Both the position numbers and the translations under genes were made by a program. Under the pieces are notes generated by a model. The model worked only from the letters and a program-made list of their open reading frames with translations. It made no database searches and was not told the origin of the DNA. Shown here in pieces: positions 48,385 to 57,853 of a stretch of 64,000 bases of DNA (positions within the stretch are counted from its first letter, which is position 1; each line of letters starts with the position of its first letter). The DNA is from an uncultured delta proteobacterium. GTDB lineage: Bacteria; Myxococcota; UBA727; VGSZ01. The stretch covers positions 128,001 to 192,000 of the forward strand of contig CAVZJB010000016.1 in the NCBI GenBank assembly GCA_963775425.1. Direction: 5' to 3'.

Positions 48385-48986
48385 TCAGGGTGACGGACGC
48401 GCGCGCCGGGCGGGGCCGCGCGTCGACAGCGTGCGCTCGACCATCGCGCGGAAGGGGACGAGGAGCGCCTCGGCGACGGCGGGGCCCTCGAGGATCTCGA
48501 GGGCGCGCGCGATCGCCTCGAGCGTCGCGAGCCCCCCGGGCGCCGCTCGGCGCGCAGCAGGTACCCGGTGGGCGGGCCCGCCGGGAGCACGGCGCACGGC
48601 AGCCCCGACAGCCCGGGGACGCGCGCGGGCATCTTGCGCGTCTGGCGCCAGGTGCCGTCGGGCACCACCAGCGTGACCGGGCCGGGCCCCGCAGCCGCGC
48701 CCTCGAGCGGGACGGCGCCGGCGGCGGGGAACAGCAGCAGCGGGCGCTCCCCGGGGCCGAAGGTCACCGTCGCGCGCGGGCCGTCGCCGACGCGGTGGAC
48801 GGCGCTGTTCACGAGGCAGCGCGCCGCCAGCAGGCCGGTGTTCGTGGTCTTCTTCAGCTCGTCTTCGTGGATCACGAGCACCAGGCGGGTCGGCGTCTCG
48901 ATGCGCGGCACCAGGGCGCAGATGCAGCCGTCGTCGAGCATCTTGCACGCGACGCAGCGGCGGTGGCCGTTTTCCCGCCGGCTCAC
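48385..48986 (-). pseudogene. DTW domain tRNA aminocarboxypropyltransferase (TapT-like), frameshifted
   Basis: RCVAC..CIC, HEDELKKTTNTG, LLFP, PDGTWRQ. The frame switches at the C6 run 48532-48537 to LATLEAIARAL. Confidence 0.85.
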
Positions 48987-49030
48987 GGCGCTTGCCTTGG
49001 CGACGTCGCCGCGATACCCGTCTGCACAGC

Positions 49031-49104
49031 GGTGCTGTGCCCGAGTGGCCAGGGAGCGGTCTGCAAAACCGCGTACGCCGGTTCGATTCCGGCCAGCACC
49101 TCCA
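49031..49104 (+). tRNA. tRNA-Cys (GCA)
   Basis: GGTGCTG/CAGCACC acceptor stem, GCGGT-CTGCAAA-ACCGC anticodon arm, GGTTCGATTCC, TCCA end. Confidence 0.96.
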
Positions 49105-49154
49105 CCATCCCATCGATCTAGCAGCAGGCGCGCGCCTCTGATACGCGCCCGCTG

Positions 49155-50243
49155 ATGAGCCCCATTCGCATCGCGGTCGTCCCCGGGGACGGCATCGGCA
49201 AAGAGGTCGTCGCCGAGGGGGAGAAGCTCCTCGAGCTCGTCGACGCCAAGCTGGATCTCGGCCTCGTCCTCGAGCGCAAGGACTGGGGCGCCGAGCGCTG
49301 GCTCAAGGACAAGGTGGGCCTGCCCAAGGGCGCCCTCGACGAGCTGCGCGCCACCACCCGCGCCGTGTACTTCGGCGCCCTCGGCGACCCGCGCGTCCCC
49401 GACATGGCCCACGGCCGCGAGATCCTCCTCGGCATGCGCCAGGGGCTCGACCTGTACGCCAACTTCCGCCCCGTGAAGTGTCCCCACGAACGCATGTCGC
49501 CGCTGAAGGGCAAGGGCCCCAAGGAGATCGACATGCTCGTGTTCCGCGAGAACACCGAGGACATGTACGTCTCCGTCGGCGGCACCTTCAAGCAGGACAC
49601 CGCCGACGAGGTGGCCCAGGACGTCAGCGTCAACACGCGCAAGGGCGTCGAGCGCATCTTGCGCTACGCGTTCGAGGTCGCGCGAAGCCGCCCGCGCCAC
49701 GACGGCGTGAAGCGCGTGACGATGACCGACAAGCACAACGCCATCCGCTTCGGCGGCGGGCTGTGGAAGCGCACCTTCGAGGCGGTGAAGAAGGACTTCC
49801 CCGACGTCGAGACCGATCACCTGTTCGTCGACGTCTGCGCCATGGAGATGGTGCGAAAGCCGGAGCGCTTCCACGTGGTCGTCGCCAACAACCTCTTCGG
49901 CGACATCCTCACCGATCTCGGCGCCGCGCTCATGGGCGGCCTCGGCCTGGCGGCGTCGGCCAACGTGAACCCCGGAAAGATCGGCCTGTTCGAGCCGGTG
50001 CACGGAAGCGCGCCCGACATCGCGGGCAAGGGCATCGCCAACCCGCTGGCGGCGTTTTCGACGGCGGCGCTGCTCCTCGACTTCGTGGCGCCCACAAAGG
50101 CGGGCGGCGCCGTGAAGGCCATCGACGCCGCCGTCGCCGCCTGCGTCGCCGACGGCCCGCACACGCCGGACCTCGGCGGCGACGCCACCACGGCGGCCGT
50201 GACGGAATTCGTCCTCGACCGCGTGCGCGCGGCGTTCGCATGA
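49155..50243 (+). CDS. Isocitrate/isopropylmalate/tartrate dehydrogenase family protein
   Basis: PGDGIGKEV, RENTED, NLFGDILTD, FEPVHGSAPDIAGKGIANP. Confidence 0.92.
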   Translation: MSPIRIAVVPGDGIGKEVVAEGEKLLELVDAKLDLGLVLERKDWGAERWLKDKVGLPKGALDELRATTRAVYFGALGDPRVPDMAHGREILLGMRQGLDLYANFRPVKCPHERMSPLKGKGPKEIDMLVFRENTEDMYVSVGGTFKQDTADEVAQDVSVNTRKGVERILRYAFEVARSRPRHDGVKRVTMTDKHNAIRFGGGLWKRTFEAVKKDFPDVETDHLFVDVCAMEMVRKPERFHVVVANNLFGDILTDLGAALMGGLGLAASANVNPGKIGLFEPVHGSAPDIAGKGIANPLAAFSTAALLLDFVAPTKAGGAVKAIDAAVAACVADGPHTPDLGGDATTAAVTEFVLDRVRAAFA

Positions 50244-50268
50244 AGACAGCGGCGCTAGACTCGCTTTC

Positions 50269-51384
50269 ATGAACGGGGCCGTGGAGCGCACCACCGGGAA
50301 GGCGCCGTCGGCGGCGCCGGTAGGGACGCCGGCGCTGCAGGCGCGCCCTGCGCCGCCGCCGGATCCCGAGGAGCGCGACGCCCGGCGCCGCTTCGCGTTT
50401 CGCGCGAGCGCCGTCCTCATCGCCGCCGGCGTCGTCGCGTTCGGGGTCGCGCTGGCCGTCGTCGCGCCGCGCGGCCAGGCGGCGGCGCGCCGGGGCGTCG
50501 CCGTCTTGGTCGACGTCCCCGTGCGCGCCGACATGCGCGCGGCCCGGGCCGCGGCGATCCTCCAGGCGGCGGCGCGTGCGCCGGACCGCCTGCCGCTCCT
50601 GCTGCTCGAGCCGCGCACCGTCGACGAGATCACCACCGGCGACCGGCCGCTCGAAGCGGAGCGCCTGACGAACGACGGGGGCGTCCGCCGCTTCGAGGCG
50701 AACGTCGACGTCGACGCCGTCGCCGCTCGGCTGTGTGCGCGCGTCGCGGCGAACCACGACGCCACCCTGCAGGTCGCCCTCGCCGACGGCGGGGGCGCAC
50801 CCGACGCCGGCGACCGCCTGGCGCGCGCGTTGGCCGACGCGTGCATCCGCGCCTCCGCCGTCACGGCGACGCCGCGCGAGGGCGAGATCGGAGCGGGCGA
50901 GCGGCGCGTGCCCGGCAATCCCCTCCGTCGCTCGACGCAGGCGCGGTGGCTCGTCGAGGGGACCGTGGCGCGCGACGCCTCCGGCGAGCTCCGCGGCGCC
51001 TTGCGCCTGCGCGAGGTCGTGCCCGACCGCGCCGTCGACGTCGTCTCCGCCCGCACCGGCGTCGGCGACGCCGCCGCCATCGTGGCCTGGCGCGACGCCT
51101 TCGTGCACGCCATCGCGGCCTCGTGGCGCCCGCGGCCCTTCACGATCACAATCAAAGGCCTGCACGGAGACGACGACGCCGGCGTGGGCGACGCGCTCCG
51201 CGGGCTCGCCGTCCTTTCGGAGGTCCGCCCGCTGCCCGGTCGCGACGGCGCCGCCGCCTTCGACGTCGTGTCCTTCGCCGATCACGAGACGCTCGCGGAC
51301 GCGATCGACGGTGTGCACGCCGGTGCCGGCGCCATCGTGGTGCTCGAGGTGTGGGACGGCAACATCGTCGGCCGGCTGCGGTGA
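50269..51384 (+). CDS. Hypothetical membrane-anchored protein
   Basis: 371-aa ORF filling the intergenic space; one N-terminal TM. Confidence 0.55.
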   Translation: MNGAVERTTGKAPSAAPVGTPALQARPAPPPDPEERDARRRFAFRASAVLIAAGVVAFGVALAVVAPRGQAAARRGVAVLVDVPVRADMRAARAAAILQAAARAPDRLPLLLLEPRTVDEITTGDRPLEAERLTNDGGVRRFEANVDVDAVAARLCARVAANHDATLQVALADGGGAPDAGDRLARALADACIRASAVTATPREGEIGAGERRVPGNPLRRSTQARWLVEGTVARDASGELRGALRLREVVPDRAVDVVSARTGVGDAAAIVAWRDAFVHAIAASWRPRPFTITIKGLHGDDDAGVGDALRGLAVLSEVRPLPGRDGAAAFDVVSFADHETLADAIDGVHAGAGAIVVLEVWDGNIVGRLR

Positions 51385-51457
51385 TTTCTCCGCGCCGGCC
51401 GACGGCGCGCGATCCGTCCTGACGAGACGCGGCGAGGCCGCTAGGATAGCCGAGCCC

Positions 51458-52156
51458 ATGGACGCCTCGTTCATCCAACGCCTCGTGTTCAACGAGGTGA
51501 CCATCCTCATCCCGCTCATCCTCGCCATCGCGGTGCACGAGTGGGCCCACGTCGCCATGGCGCGCTTCCTCGGCGACAGCACCGGCACGGCGATGGGCCG
51601 GTTCACGCTGAACCCCCTCGTGCACATCGACCCGGTGTGGACGCTGCTCGTACCGGCGGTCTTCGTCTTCATGCAGACCGGCGCCACGTTCCCGGTGCCC
51701 TTCTTCGGCGCCGGGCGCCCGGCGCCCTACAACCCCGTGAAGCTCGACCGGAAATTCCGCGGCAAGCGCGTCAGCATGCGCACGGGCTCCGCGCTCGTCG
51801 CCGCCGCGGGGCCGGCGTCCAACGTCGTGCTCGCCGCGCTCGCCGTCGTCGCCGTGGTGGCGCTGAACCAGGCGGGCATGTCCGTCTACGCGCCGCACTC
51901 TGCGGCGTCGCTCCTGTTTCGCTTCGCCCTCTTGAACATCGGGCTCGCCATCTTCAACATGATCCCCATCCCGCCGCTCGACGGGAGCAAGGTGCTCGAG
52001 GGCGTGCTCCCGCGGGCCGTGGCGGATCGCTACGCCGTGATCGCCCAGCAACTGTCGTGGGTCCTCCTCATCGCCCTCTTCGCCGGCGGAGCGCGCTACG
52101 TCCTGGCGCCGATCCAGGGCTTCGTCATCGACCTGTTGCTCCTCGTCGTTCGCTGA
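51458..52156 (+). CDS. Site-2 protease (M50) family protein
   Basis: HEWAH, GRFTLNPLVHID, AAAGPASN, FNMIPIPPLDG. Confidence 0.93.
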   Translation: MDASFIQRLVFNEVTILIPLILAIAVHEWAHVAMARFLGDSTGTAMGRFTLNPLVHIDPVWTLLVPAVFVFMQTGATFPVPFFGAGRPAPYNPVKLDRKFRGKRVSMRTGSALVAAAGPASNVVLAALAVVAVVALNQAGMSVYAPHSAASLLFRFALLNIGLAIFNMIPIPPLDGSKVLEGVLPRAVADRYAVIAQQLSWVLLIALFAGGARYVLAPIQGFVIDLLLLVVR

Positions 52157-52172
52157 AATACCCCCTGACCCG

Positions 52173-53120
52173 ATGAGCGAGCCCACGACGCCGAAGTCGG
52201 CGCCTCCGCTGGCGGCCATCAAGGCCGGCACGGAGGACCTCTACGTCGAAGCCCGCGGCGCTTTCGGCGAGGGCGACGTCAAGGACTACATGCCCTCCCC
52301 CGAGAGCGATCACCTCCGGGTGAGCCTCTCGCAGTTCGAGGGCCCGCTCGACCTGCTGCTGCACCTCATCGGCAACCACGCGCTGCAGATCTTCGACATC
52401 CCCATCAAGGTGATCGTCGCCGAGTACATGAAGGCGCTCGACGACATGCGCGAGCCGAACCTCGACGTCGCCGGCGAGTTCCTCGTGATGGCGGCGCAGC
52501 TCGCGCACATCAAGTCGAAGATGCTCCTGCCTCGCGAGGAGCGCCCCACGGAGGTCGAGCCCGAGCTCGATCCCCGCGCGGAGCTCGCCCGCCGGCTCCT
52601 CGAGTACCAGCGCTTCAAGGACGCGGCGCTGCGCATCAACCAGCTCCCGATGCTCGGCCGTGACGTCTTCGACCACGCCGGCGCCGTCGCGTACGACGGC
52701 CCCGTCGACGAGGTCGTGGAGGACGTGCGCACGGCCCTGAACCTCGCGGCCGTCGACCCCTTCGACCTCATCCGCCTGCTCGACCAGATGCTGAAGAAGC
52801 AGCAGAAGCTGGTGGTGCACGAGGTGCTCGTCGAGCGCATCTCGGTGGGCGCGCGCATCAACGAGATGGTCGACCTCCTCGTCGAGAGGGCCCGCGGCGC
52901 GTCCTTCGCCGAGCTGTGCGATTCGTTCGGCCCGCGCAGCAAGCGCGGGATCATCGTGACGTTCCTCTCCATCCTCGAGATGACCCGCCTGAAGCTCGTC
53001 CGCGTCGCGCAGGACGCCGAGGGCAACATCACCATCGAGCCCGTGATGGACAACCTCAAAGCCGACGATGAGCTCGCCGTCGTCGACGACTACGACAAGC
53101 AGCCCGAGGAAGCCGCATGA
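52173..53120 (+). CDS. scpA: Segregation and condensation protein A
   Basis: FEGPLDLLLHLI, GEFLVMAA.L..IKSKMLLP, DPR.EL..RLLEY, VTFLSILE. Confidence 0.95.
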   Translation: MSEPTTPKSAPPLAAIKAGTEDLYVEARGAFGEGDVKDYMPSPESDHLRVSLSQFEGPLDLLLHLIGNHALQIFDIPIKVIVAEYMKALDDMREPNLDVAGEFLVMAAQLAHIKSKMLLPREERPTEVEPELDPRAELARRLLEYQRFKDAALRINQLPMLGRDVFDHAGAVAYDGPVDEVVEDVRTALNLAAVDPFDLIRLLDQMLKKQQKLVVHEVLVERISVGARINEMVDLLVERARGASFAELCDSFGPRSKRGIIVTFLSILEMTRLKLVRVAQDAEGNITIEPVMDNLKADDELAVVDDYDKQPEEAA

Positions 53121-54358
53121 CCGACCCCGCCGACGCTCCCCCCGACGACGCCGACGACGAGATCGAGGCCGACGACGAGGTCGAGGCCGACGACGAGGTC
53201 GAGGCCGACGACGAGGCCGATGACGAGGCCGAGGCCGACGACGACGGCTTCGATGAGGACGACGAGGACGGCGACGCGGTGCTTGCTGACAACGGCGACG
53301 CAGCCGACGCACCCGAAGCAGCCGAAGCAAGCGCTGCAGACGCCGTCGACGCCGCCTCCGTCGACGCCGCCTCTGGCGAACCCGCCGAGAGCGTGCCTGC
53401 CGAGCCGGGCGCGACCGAAGCTGACGGCGGTGCCGTCGAGGCACAGGTCGCCGGAGCCGAGGCCGCGGTCGAGGCGAACGGCGACGTCCCCCCTGAGCCC
53501 GGCACCGGCGACGAGGGCCCCGCGTTCGTCGCCGAGGAGTGGGTGTTCGGGGCGCTCGAGGCGCTGGCGTTCGCGTCGAACGAGCCGTTGTCGCCGTCGC
53601 GGGCGCGCGAGGTGATCGCGGGCGAGATGGCCACGATGGAGTCCATGGAGGGCAAGGCACAGCCCACGCTCGCCGACGTCAAGGCGTGCTTCCGCACGCT
53701 CCTCGAGCGCTGGAGCAATCCCACGCGCGCCGTGGCGCACGGCTTCCGCCTCGTCGAGGTCGACGGCGGGCTGTGTTTCCGCACCGTCGCCGCCAACGCG
53801 CGCTTCATCCGCCGCATGCAGATGGGCAAGCCGCAGAAGCTCTCGCGCGCCACGCTCGAGACGCTGTCGGTGATCGCGTACAAGCAGCCCGTGACCAAGC
53901 CGCAGATCGAGGAGGTCCGCGGCGTCGACAGCTCCGGCGCGCTCAAGACGCTCCTCGACAAGAAGCTCATCCGCGTCCTCGGCAAGGCCGAGGAGATCGG
54001 GCGCCCGCTCCTGTACGGCACCACCAAGACGTTCCTCGAGCTGTTCGAGATGAATTCGCTCACCGACCTGCCGACGCTCAAGGAGCTGCACGAGCTCGAG
54101 CACGGCGTGGTCGAGGCCCCCGCCGTCGACGACGATCGTCCGGCCGTGGTCATGGACCTGTTCAACGCCGACCAGGTCAGCGCCGTCTCCGCCGAGACCG
54201 AGCGCGAGAGCACCGAGGCCATGGAGGCCCTCGAGCGCGCCCTCGGCGAAGCCAAGGACGTCGCGAAGCGTGCCTCCACCCTCGTCTTCGGCATGAACGT
54301 CGACGAGGAAGGCGAGCAGAAGGGCGACGACAAGCCCAAGACCGACGACAAGGGGTGA
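53117..54358 (+). CDS. scpB: Segregation and condensation protein B with long acidic N-terminal extension
   Basis: LEALAFAS, LSRATLETLSVIAYKQPVT, RGVDS, GRPLLYGTT..FL..F...SL.DLP. Confidence 0.95.
   Translation: MTDPADAPPDDADDEIEADDEVEADDEVEADDEADDEAEADDDGFDEDDEDGDAVLADNGDAADAPEAAEASAADAVDAASVDAASGEPAESVPAEPGATEADGGAVEAQVAGAEAAVEANGDVPPEPGTGDEGPAFVAEEWVFGALEALAFASNEPLSPSRAREVIAGEMATMESMEGKAQPTLADVKACFRTLLERWSNPTRAVAHGFRLVEVDGGLCFRTVAANARFIRRMQMGKPQKLSRATLETLSVIAYKQPVTKPQIEEVRGVDSSGALKTLLDKKLIRVLGKAEEIGRPLLYGTTKTFLELFEMNSLTDLPTLKELHELEHGVVEAPAVDDDRPAVVMDLFNADQVSAVSAETERESTEAMEALERALGEAKDVAKRASTLVFGMNVDEEGEQKGDDKPKTDDKG
53150..53221 (+). repeat. 18-bp coding tandem repeat (ADDEVE)
   Basis: GCCGACGACGAG(A/G)TCGAG three times plus one degenerate copy. 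Confidence 0.8.
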
Positions 54359-54402
54359 CACGGTTCTCCAGCACCGACGGGAGTCGGAGCGAGGCGGGGT
54401 AG

Positions 54403-55140
54403 ATGGTCGAAGAGAGATTGCAGAAGGCGTTGGCCAGGGCAGGCGTGGCGTCGCGCCGCGCGGCCGAGCAGATGATCGTCGCCGGGCGGGTCCGGGTGAA
54501 CGAGAAGGTCGTCACCGAGCTCGGCACCAAGATCGATCCGGGGAAGGACGACGTGCGCGTCGACGGGCGCCGCATCCAGGTCACGAGCCCGGACAAGCAG
54601 GAGAAGGTTTACTTCCTCCTGAACAAGCCCGCCGGCTTCCTCACCACCACCAAGGACGACCGCGGGCGAAAGACCGTCATGGACCTCGTCATCGGGGCGT
54701 CGCAGGCGCGCATCTATCCCGTCGGCCGCCTCGACTTCGACGCCGAGGGCGCGCTCCTGCTCACCAACGACGGCGAGCTCGCGAACCTCCTGACGCACCC
54801 GCGCTACCACGTGCCCAAGACGTACCTCGCCAAGGTGAAGGGCTCGCCGAGCGAGGACAAGCTCGACAAGCTGCGCCGCGGCATCTACCTCGAAGACGGC
54901 CCGACCAAGCCCGCCCACATCGAGGTCGTCGAGAAGGCCAAGGTCAACACGTGGGTGGAGATCACGGTGACGGAGGGTCGCAACCGGCTGATCAAGCGGA
55001 TGTTCTGGCGCATTCAGCACCCGGTCTTGAAGCTGGTCCGCACACGCTTCGGCGCCCTCGACACCGAGAAGCTCCGGCTCGGCGATTACCGGGAGCTGTC
55101 CAAGAAGGAGATGCAGGAGCTCCGCCAGTTCATCGCGTGA
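54403..55140 (+). CDS. rluB: 23S rRNA pseudouridine synthase, RluB/RsuA family
   Basis: S4 domain RLQKALARAGVASRR, NKP.G, PVGRLD, EGRNR; follows scpB. Confidence 0.9.
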   Translation: MVEERLQKALARAGVASRRAAEQMIVAGRVRVNEKVVTELGTKIDPGKDDVRVDGRRIQVTSPDKQEKVYFLLNKPAGFLTTTKDDRGRKTVMDLVIGASQARIYPVGRLDFDAEGALLLTNDGELANLLTHPRYHVPKTYLAKVKGSPSEDKLDKLRRGIYLEDGPTKPAHIEVVEKAKVNTWVEITVTEGRNRLIKRMFWRIQHPVLKLVRTRFGALDTEKLRLGDYRELSKKEMQELRQFIA

Positions 55141-55150
55141 ATGACCGCCT

Positions 55151-57175
55151 GTGAGACAGGCGGCGGAATTCGTTGCTGCTCCCGTAGACTCGCCCGGCGT
55201 GACCAAGCCGCCGAGCACCGACGAGATCATTCGGCAGGAGGCGCTCGACCTCCTCGCCAACGCGGATCTGACCGAGGTCTTCGACGCCTTCCAGGGCACG
55301 CTCGACACGCGCCCTACGCCGCTGCCGATCCCGCGGCGCCTGGGGCGGTACCTCGTGCGCCGCCGCCTCGGGATGGGGGGCATGGCCGAGGTGTTCCTCG
55401 CCGACAGGCAGGGGCCCGCGGGCTTTTCGAAGAAGGTGGTCCTCAAGCGGCTGCTGCCGCACCTCGCGATGGACGAGAGGTTCGTCGAGCTCTTCGCGCG
55501 CGAGGCGCGCATCGTCGCCGGGCTCTCGCACCCGAACGTGGTTCAAGTCTTCGAGCTCGGCGAAGAGGGCGGGCAGTACTTCCTGGCGATGGAGTACATC
55601 GACGGCATCACCCTTCACCAGCTCGCGCGGCGCCTGTGGGGCGCGAGCAAGCCGCTGCCGCTCGAGGTGAGCCTGCGCGCCGTCGCCGACGCCGCCCTCG
55701 GGCTGCACCACGCGCACGAGCGGGGCATCGTTCACAGGGACGTCAGCCCCGACAACCTCATCATCACCAAGGGCGGCATCACCAAGGTGCTCGACTTCGG
55801 CATCGCGCGGCCGGAGGACGCGGAGTCATTGACCAAGACCGGCGAGGCCAAGGGCAAGGTGGCTTTCATGGCGCCGGAGGTGCTCCGCGGCGAGCGCCCC
55901 GATCGCCGCGCCGATCTCTACGCGCTCGGGGTGTCGCTGTATTGGCTGCTCACCGGGCGGCGGCCGTTCGCGGGCGCGTCGGACTACGTCACCATGGATC
56001 TCGCGCTGCGACACGAGGCGGCGCCGCCGAGCGAGGTGGCGCCGTCGGTGCCGCCCGAGATCGACGCGCTCGTGATGAAGCTCCTCGACAAGGACCCCGA
56101 CGCGCGGTTTCAGACGGGCGAGGAGCTGCACCGCGCGCTGTCCGACCACCTCGCCATCGACACCGCGCTGTCGCAGTGCGTGGTGGAGCACGCGCTCGCC
56201 TTGCCGGAGCGCCCCGTCGGCGAGGTCGACGATCCGTGCGACGCCCCCATCAGCACCGCCTCCGCGGCCCGGCCCCGCAAGAGCCGGGCGCTCCGCATCC
56301 CGCTCGCGGCCGCGGCGCTCGTGGTGCTCGGCGTGACGTTCGCGATCGTGGCGTCGTCGAGCGGGGACACGTCCTCGGCTGACCCGTTCGCGCGCGCCGC
56401 GTCAGCCCCCGCCGCCACCACCGCAGGCGCAGCCGTCGCCGCGGCCGACGAGCACGCGGCCGGCGACGCCGCAGCCGACGCCGCAGCCGACGACCAAACA
56501 GCCGGCGACCAAACAGCCGGCGACCAAACAGCCGACGCCGCAGCCGCCGACGACGCAGCGGCCGGCGCCCCAGCCGACGCCGCAGCCGCCGACGACGCAG
56601 CCCACGCCGCAGCGGCCGGCGCCCCAGCCGACGACGCAGCCGCCGACGACGCAGCCCACGCCTCGGTCGCCGACGACGCAGCCCACGCCGCAGCGGCCGG
56701 CGCCCCAGCCGACGACGCAGCCGGCGCCACAGCCGACGACGCGGCCGCAAGCCATCGCGCTGCGGCCGGCCCCTCGGCGCGCGCGGCGAGGCTGCGGGTG
56801 AAGGCGCCGGCGCGCATCGTGTGGCGGAGCATGCGCGGGCGGCCCTTGCTGCGCGGCAGCGGGACGCTCGCGCTCCCCGCCGGCGCGAAGCACGTCGTCG
56901 CGTTCGACCCGGAGGTCTGGGCGTCGACCATCGTCCCCGTCGGCCGCCCCGTCGACTACGACCGCCTGCCGCACGGGACCCTCGACGTCCGCGCCCTCCC
57001 GTACGCCCACGTCTACCTCGGCCACGCCGACCTCGGCGTCACCCCGTTGAAGCCGAAGGCCCTCGTCGCGGGCATCTACTGGGTGAAGCTCGTCTACGGA
57101 AAGAAGGTCGTCAGCCGGCGCGTCCGCGTCCCCCCCGGGCGCGTCGGGCGCCTCGCGGTTCGCATGACCGACTGA
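55151..57175 (+). CDS. Hanks-type Ser/Thr kinase with TM, Ala/Asp repeat linker and PEGA-like C-terminus
   Basis: LGMGGMAEV, VLKR, HRDVSPDN, DFGIA, FMAPE; C-terminal PYAHVYLG...GVTPL; start may be 55199. Confidence 0.92.
   Translation: MRQAAEFVAAPVDSPGVTKPPSTDEIIRQEALDLLANADLTEVFDAFQGTLDTRPTPLPIPRRLGRYLVRRRLGMGGMAEVFLADRQGPAGFSKKVVLKRLLPHLAMDERFVELFAREARIVAGLSHPNVVQVFELGEEGGQYFLAMEYIDGITLHQLARRLWGASKPLPLEVSLRAVADAALGLHHAHERGIVHRDVSPDNLIITKGGITKVLDFGIARPEDAESLTKTGEAKGKVAFMAPEVLRGERPDRRADLYALGVSLYWLLTGRRPFAGASDYVTMDLALRHEAAPPSEVAPSVPPEIDALVMKLLDKDPDARFQTGEELHRALSDHLAIDTALSQCVVEHALALPERPVGEVDDPCDAPISTASAARPRKSRALRIPLAAAALVVLGVTFAIVASSSGDTSSADPFARAASAPAATTAGAAVAAADEHAAGDAAADAAADDQTAGDQTAGDQTADAAAADDAAAGAPADAAAADDAAHAAAAGAPADDAAADDAAHASVADDAAHAAAAGAPADDAAGATADDAAASHRAAAGPSARAARLRVKAPARIVWRSMRGRPLLRGSGTLALPAGAKHVVAFDPEVWASTIVPVGRPVDYDRLPHGTLDVRALPYAHVYLGHADLGVTPLKPKALVAGIYWVKLVYGKKVVSRRVRVPPGRVGRLAVRMTD
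56455..56750 (+). repeat. Low-complexity coding repeats (AGDQT x3; ADDAA(H)AAAAGAP units)
   Basis: 15-bp GCCGGCGACCAAACA tandem and longer imperfect GCAGCC..GACGACGCAG units. Confidence 0.8.
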
Positions 57176-57199
57176 CCGATCTCGGGATAGCGTGCGCGC

Positions 57200-57814
57200 A
57201 TGCGCGCCCTCCTCGTCTTCGCCGTGCTCGCCTCCGCCGCCGCCCACGCCGCCGCCGACGCACCCGCACCCGCAACCGCACCTGCGCCCGCACCCCGTGC
57301 GGTCTCCGTCCCCGTCCCGGTCAACCCGCCGACGCGCCCGGCGGCGAAGGAGACGACGGCCCACGCGCGCACGCACGCGGCCGCCGTCGTCGGCATCAGC
57401 GGCGCTGCCGTGAACCTGGTCGGCTACGCGGCGCTCATGGGCGGCGCCTTCCTCACCGCCGGCTATATCGGCACCGGCGCCTTGCTCATCCCCATCATCG
57501 GCATGCCCGTCATCGTCGGGCTCGCCGTATACATCGCGTCGACGTTCGTCACGGACGCCCCCGGCGCCCTCGCCAACACCGGCGGCGCGCTCCTCGGCCA
57601 CTACGTGGGGCTCTTCCTCGGGCTCGTGTCCGGCATCGGCGCCGGCATCGCGTACCAGGCGGCCAACAAGAGCGACGTATCGGGCAACGACTTCAACGTG
57701 AACCTGCTGACGTTCGGCGGTGTCGGAGCCCTGGTGGGCGGCGCCCTCGGCGGAACCGTCGGGACCGCCGTCGGCGGCGGCGCCGTAGCGGCGCTGACCG
57801 TGGGTGACGAATAG
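57200..57814 (+). CDS. Hypothetical Gly-rich membrane protein
   Basis: Signal peptide, Pro/Ala linker, glycine-zipper-like TM segments. Confidence 0.65.
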   Translation: MRALLVFAVLASAAAHAAADAPAPATAPAPAPRAVSVPVPVNPPTRPAAKETTAHARTHAAAVVGISGAAVNLVGYAALMGGAFLTAGYIGTGALLIPIIGMPVIVGLAVYIASTFVTDAPGALANTGGALLGHYVGLFLGLVSGIGAGIAYQAANKSDVSGNDFNVNLLTFGGVGALVGGALGGTVGTAVGGGAVAALTVGDE

Positions 57815-57853
57815 GCCGACACCGGGGTAGGGTCCCCGCCGAGAGGTATTCGC

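Noticed and set aside
56455-56750. Repeat array resembling CRISPR
   Set aside because: In-frame low-complexity coding repeats without unique spacers; no cas genes in the window
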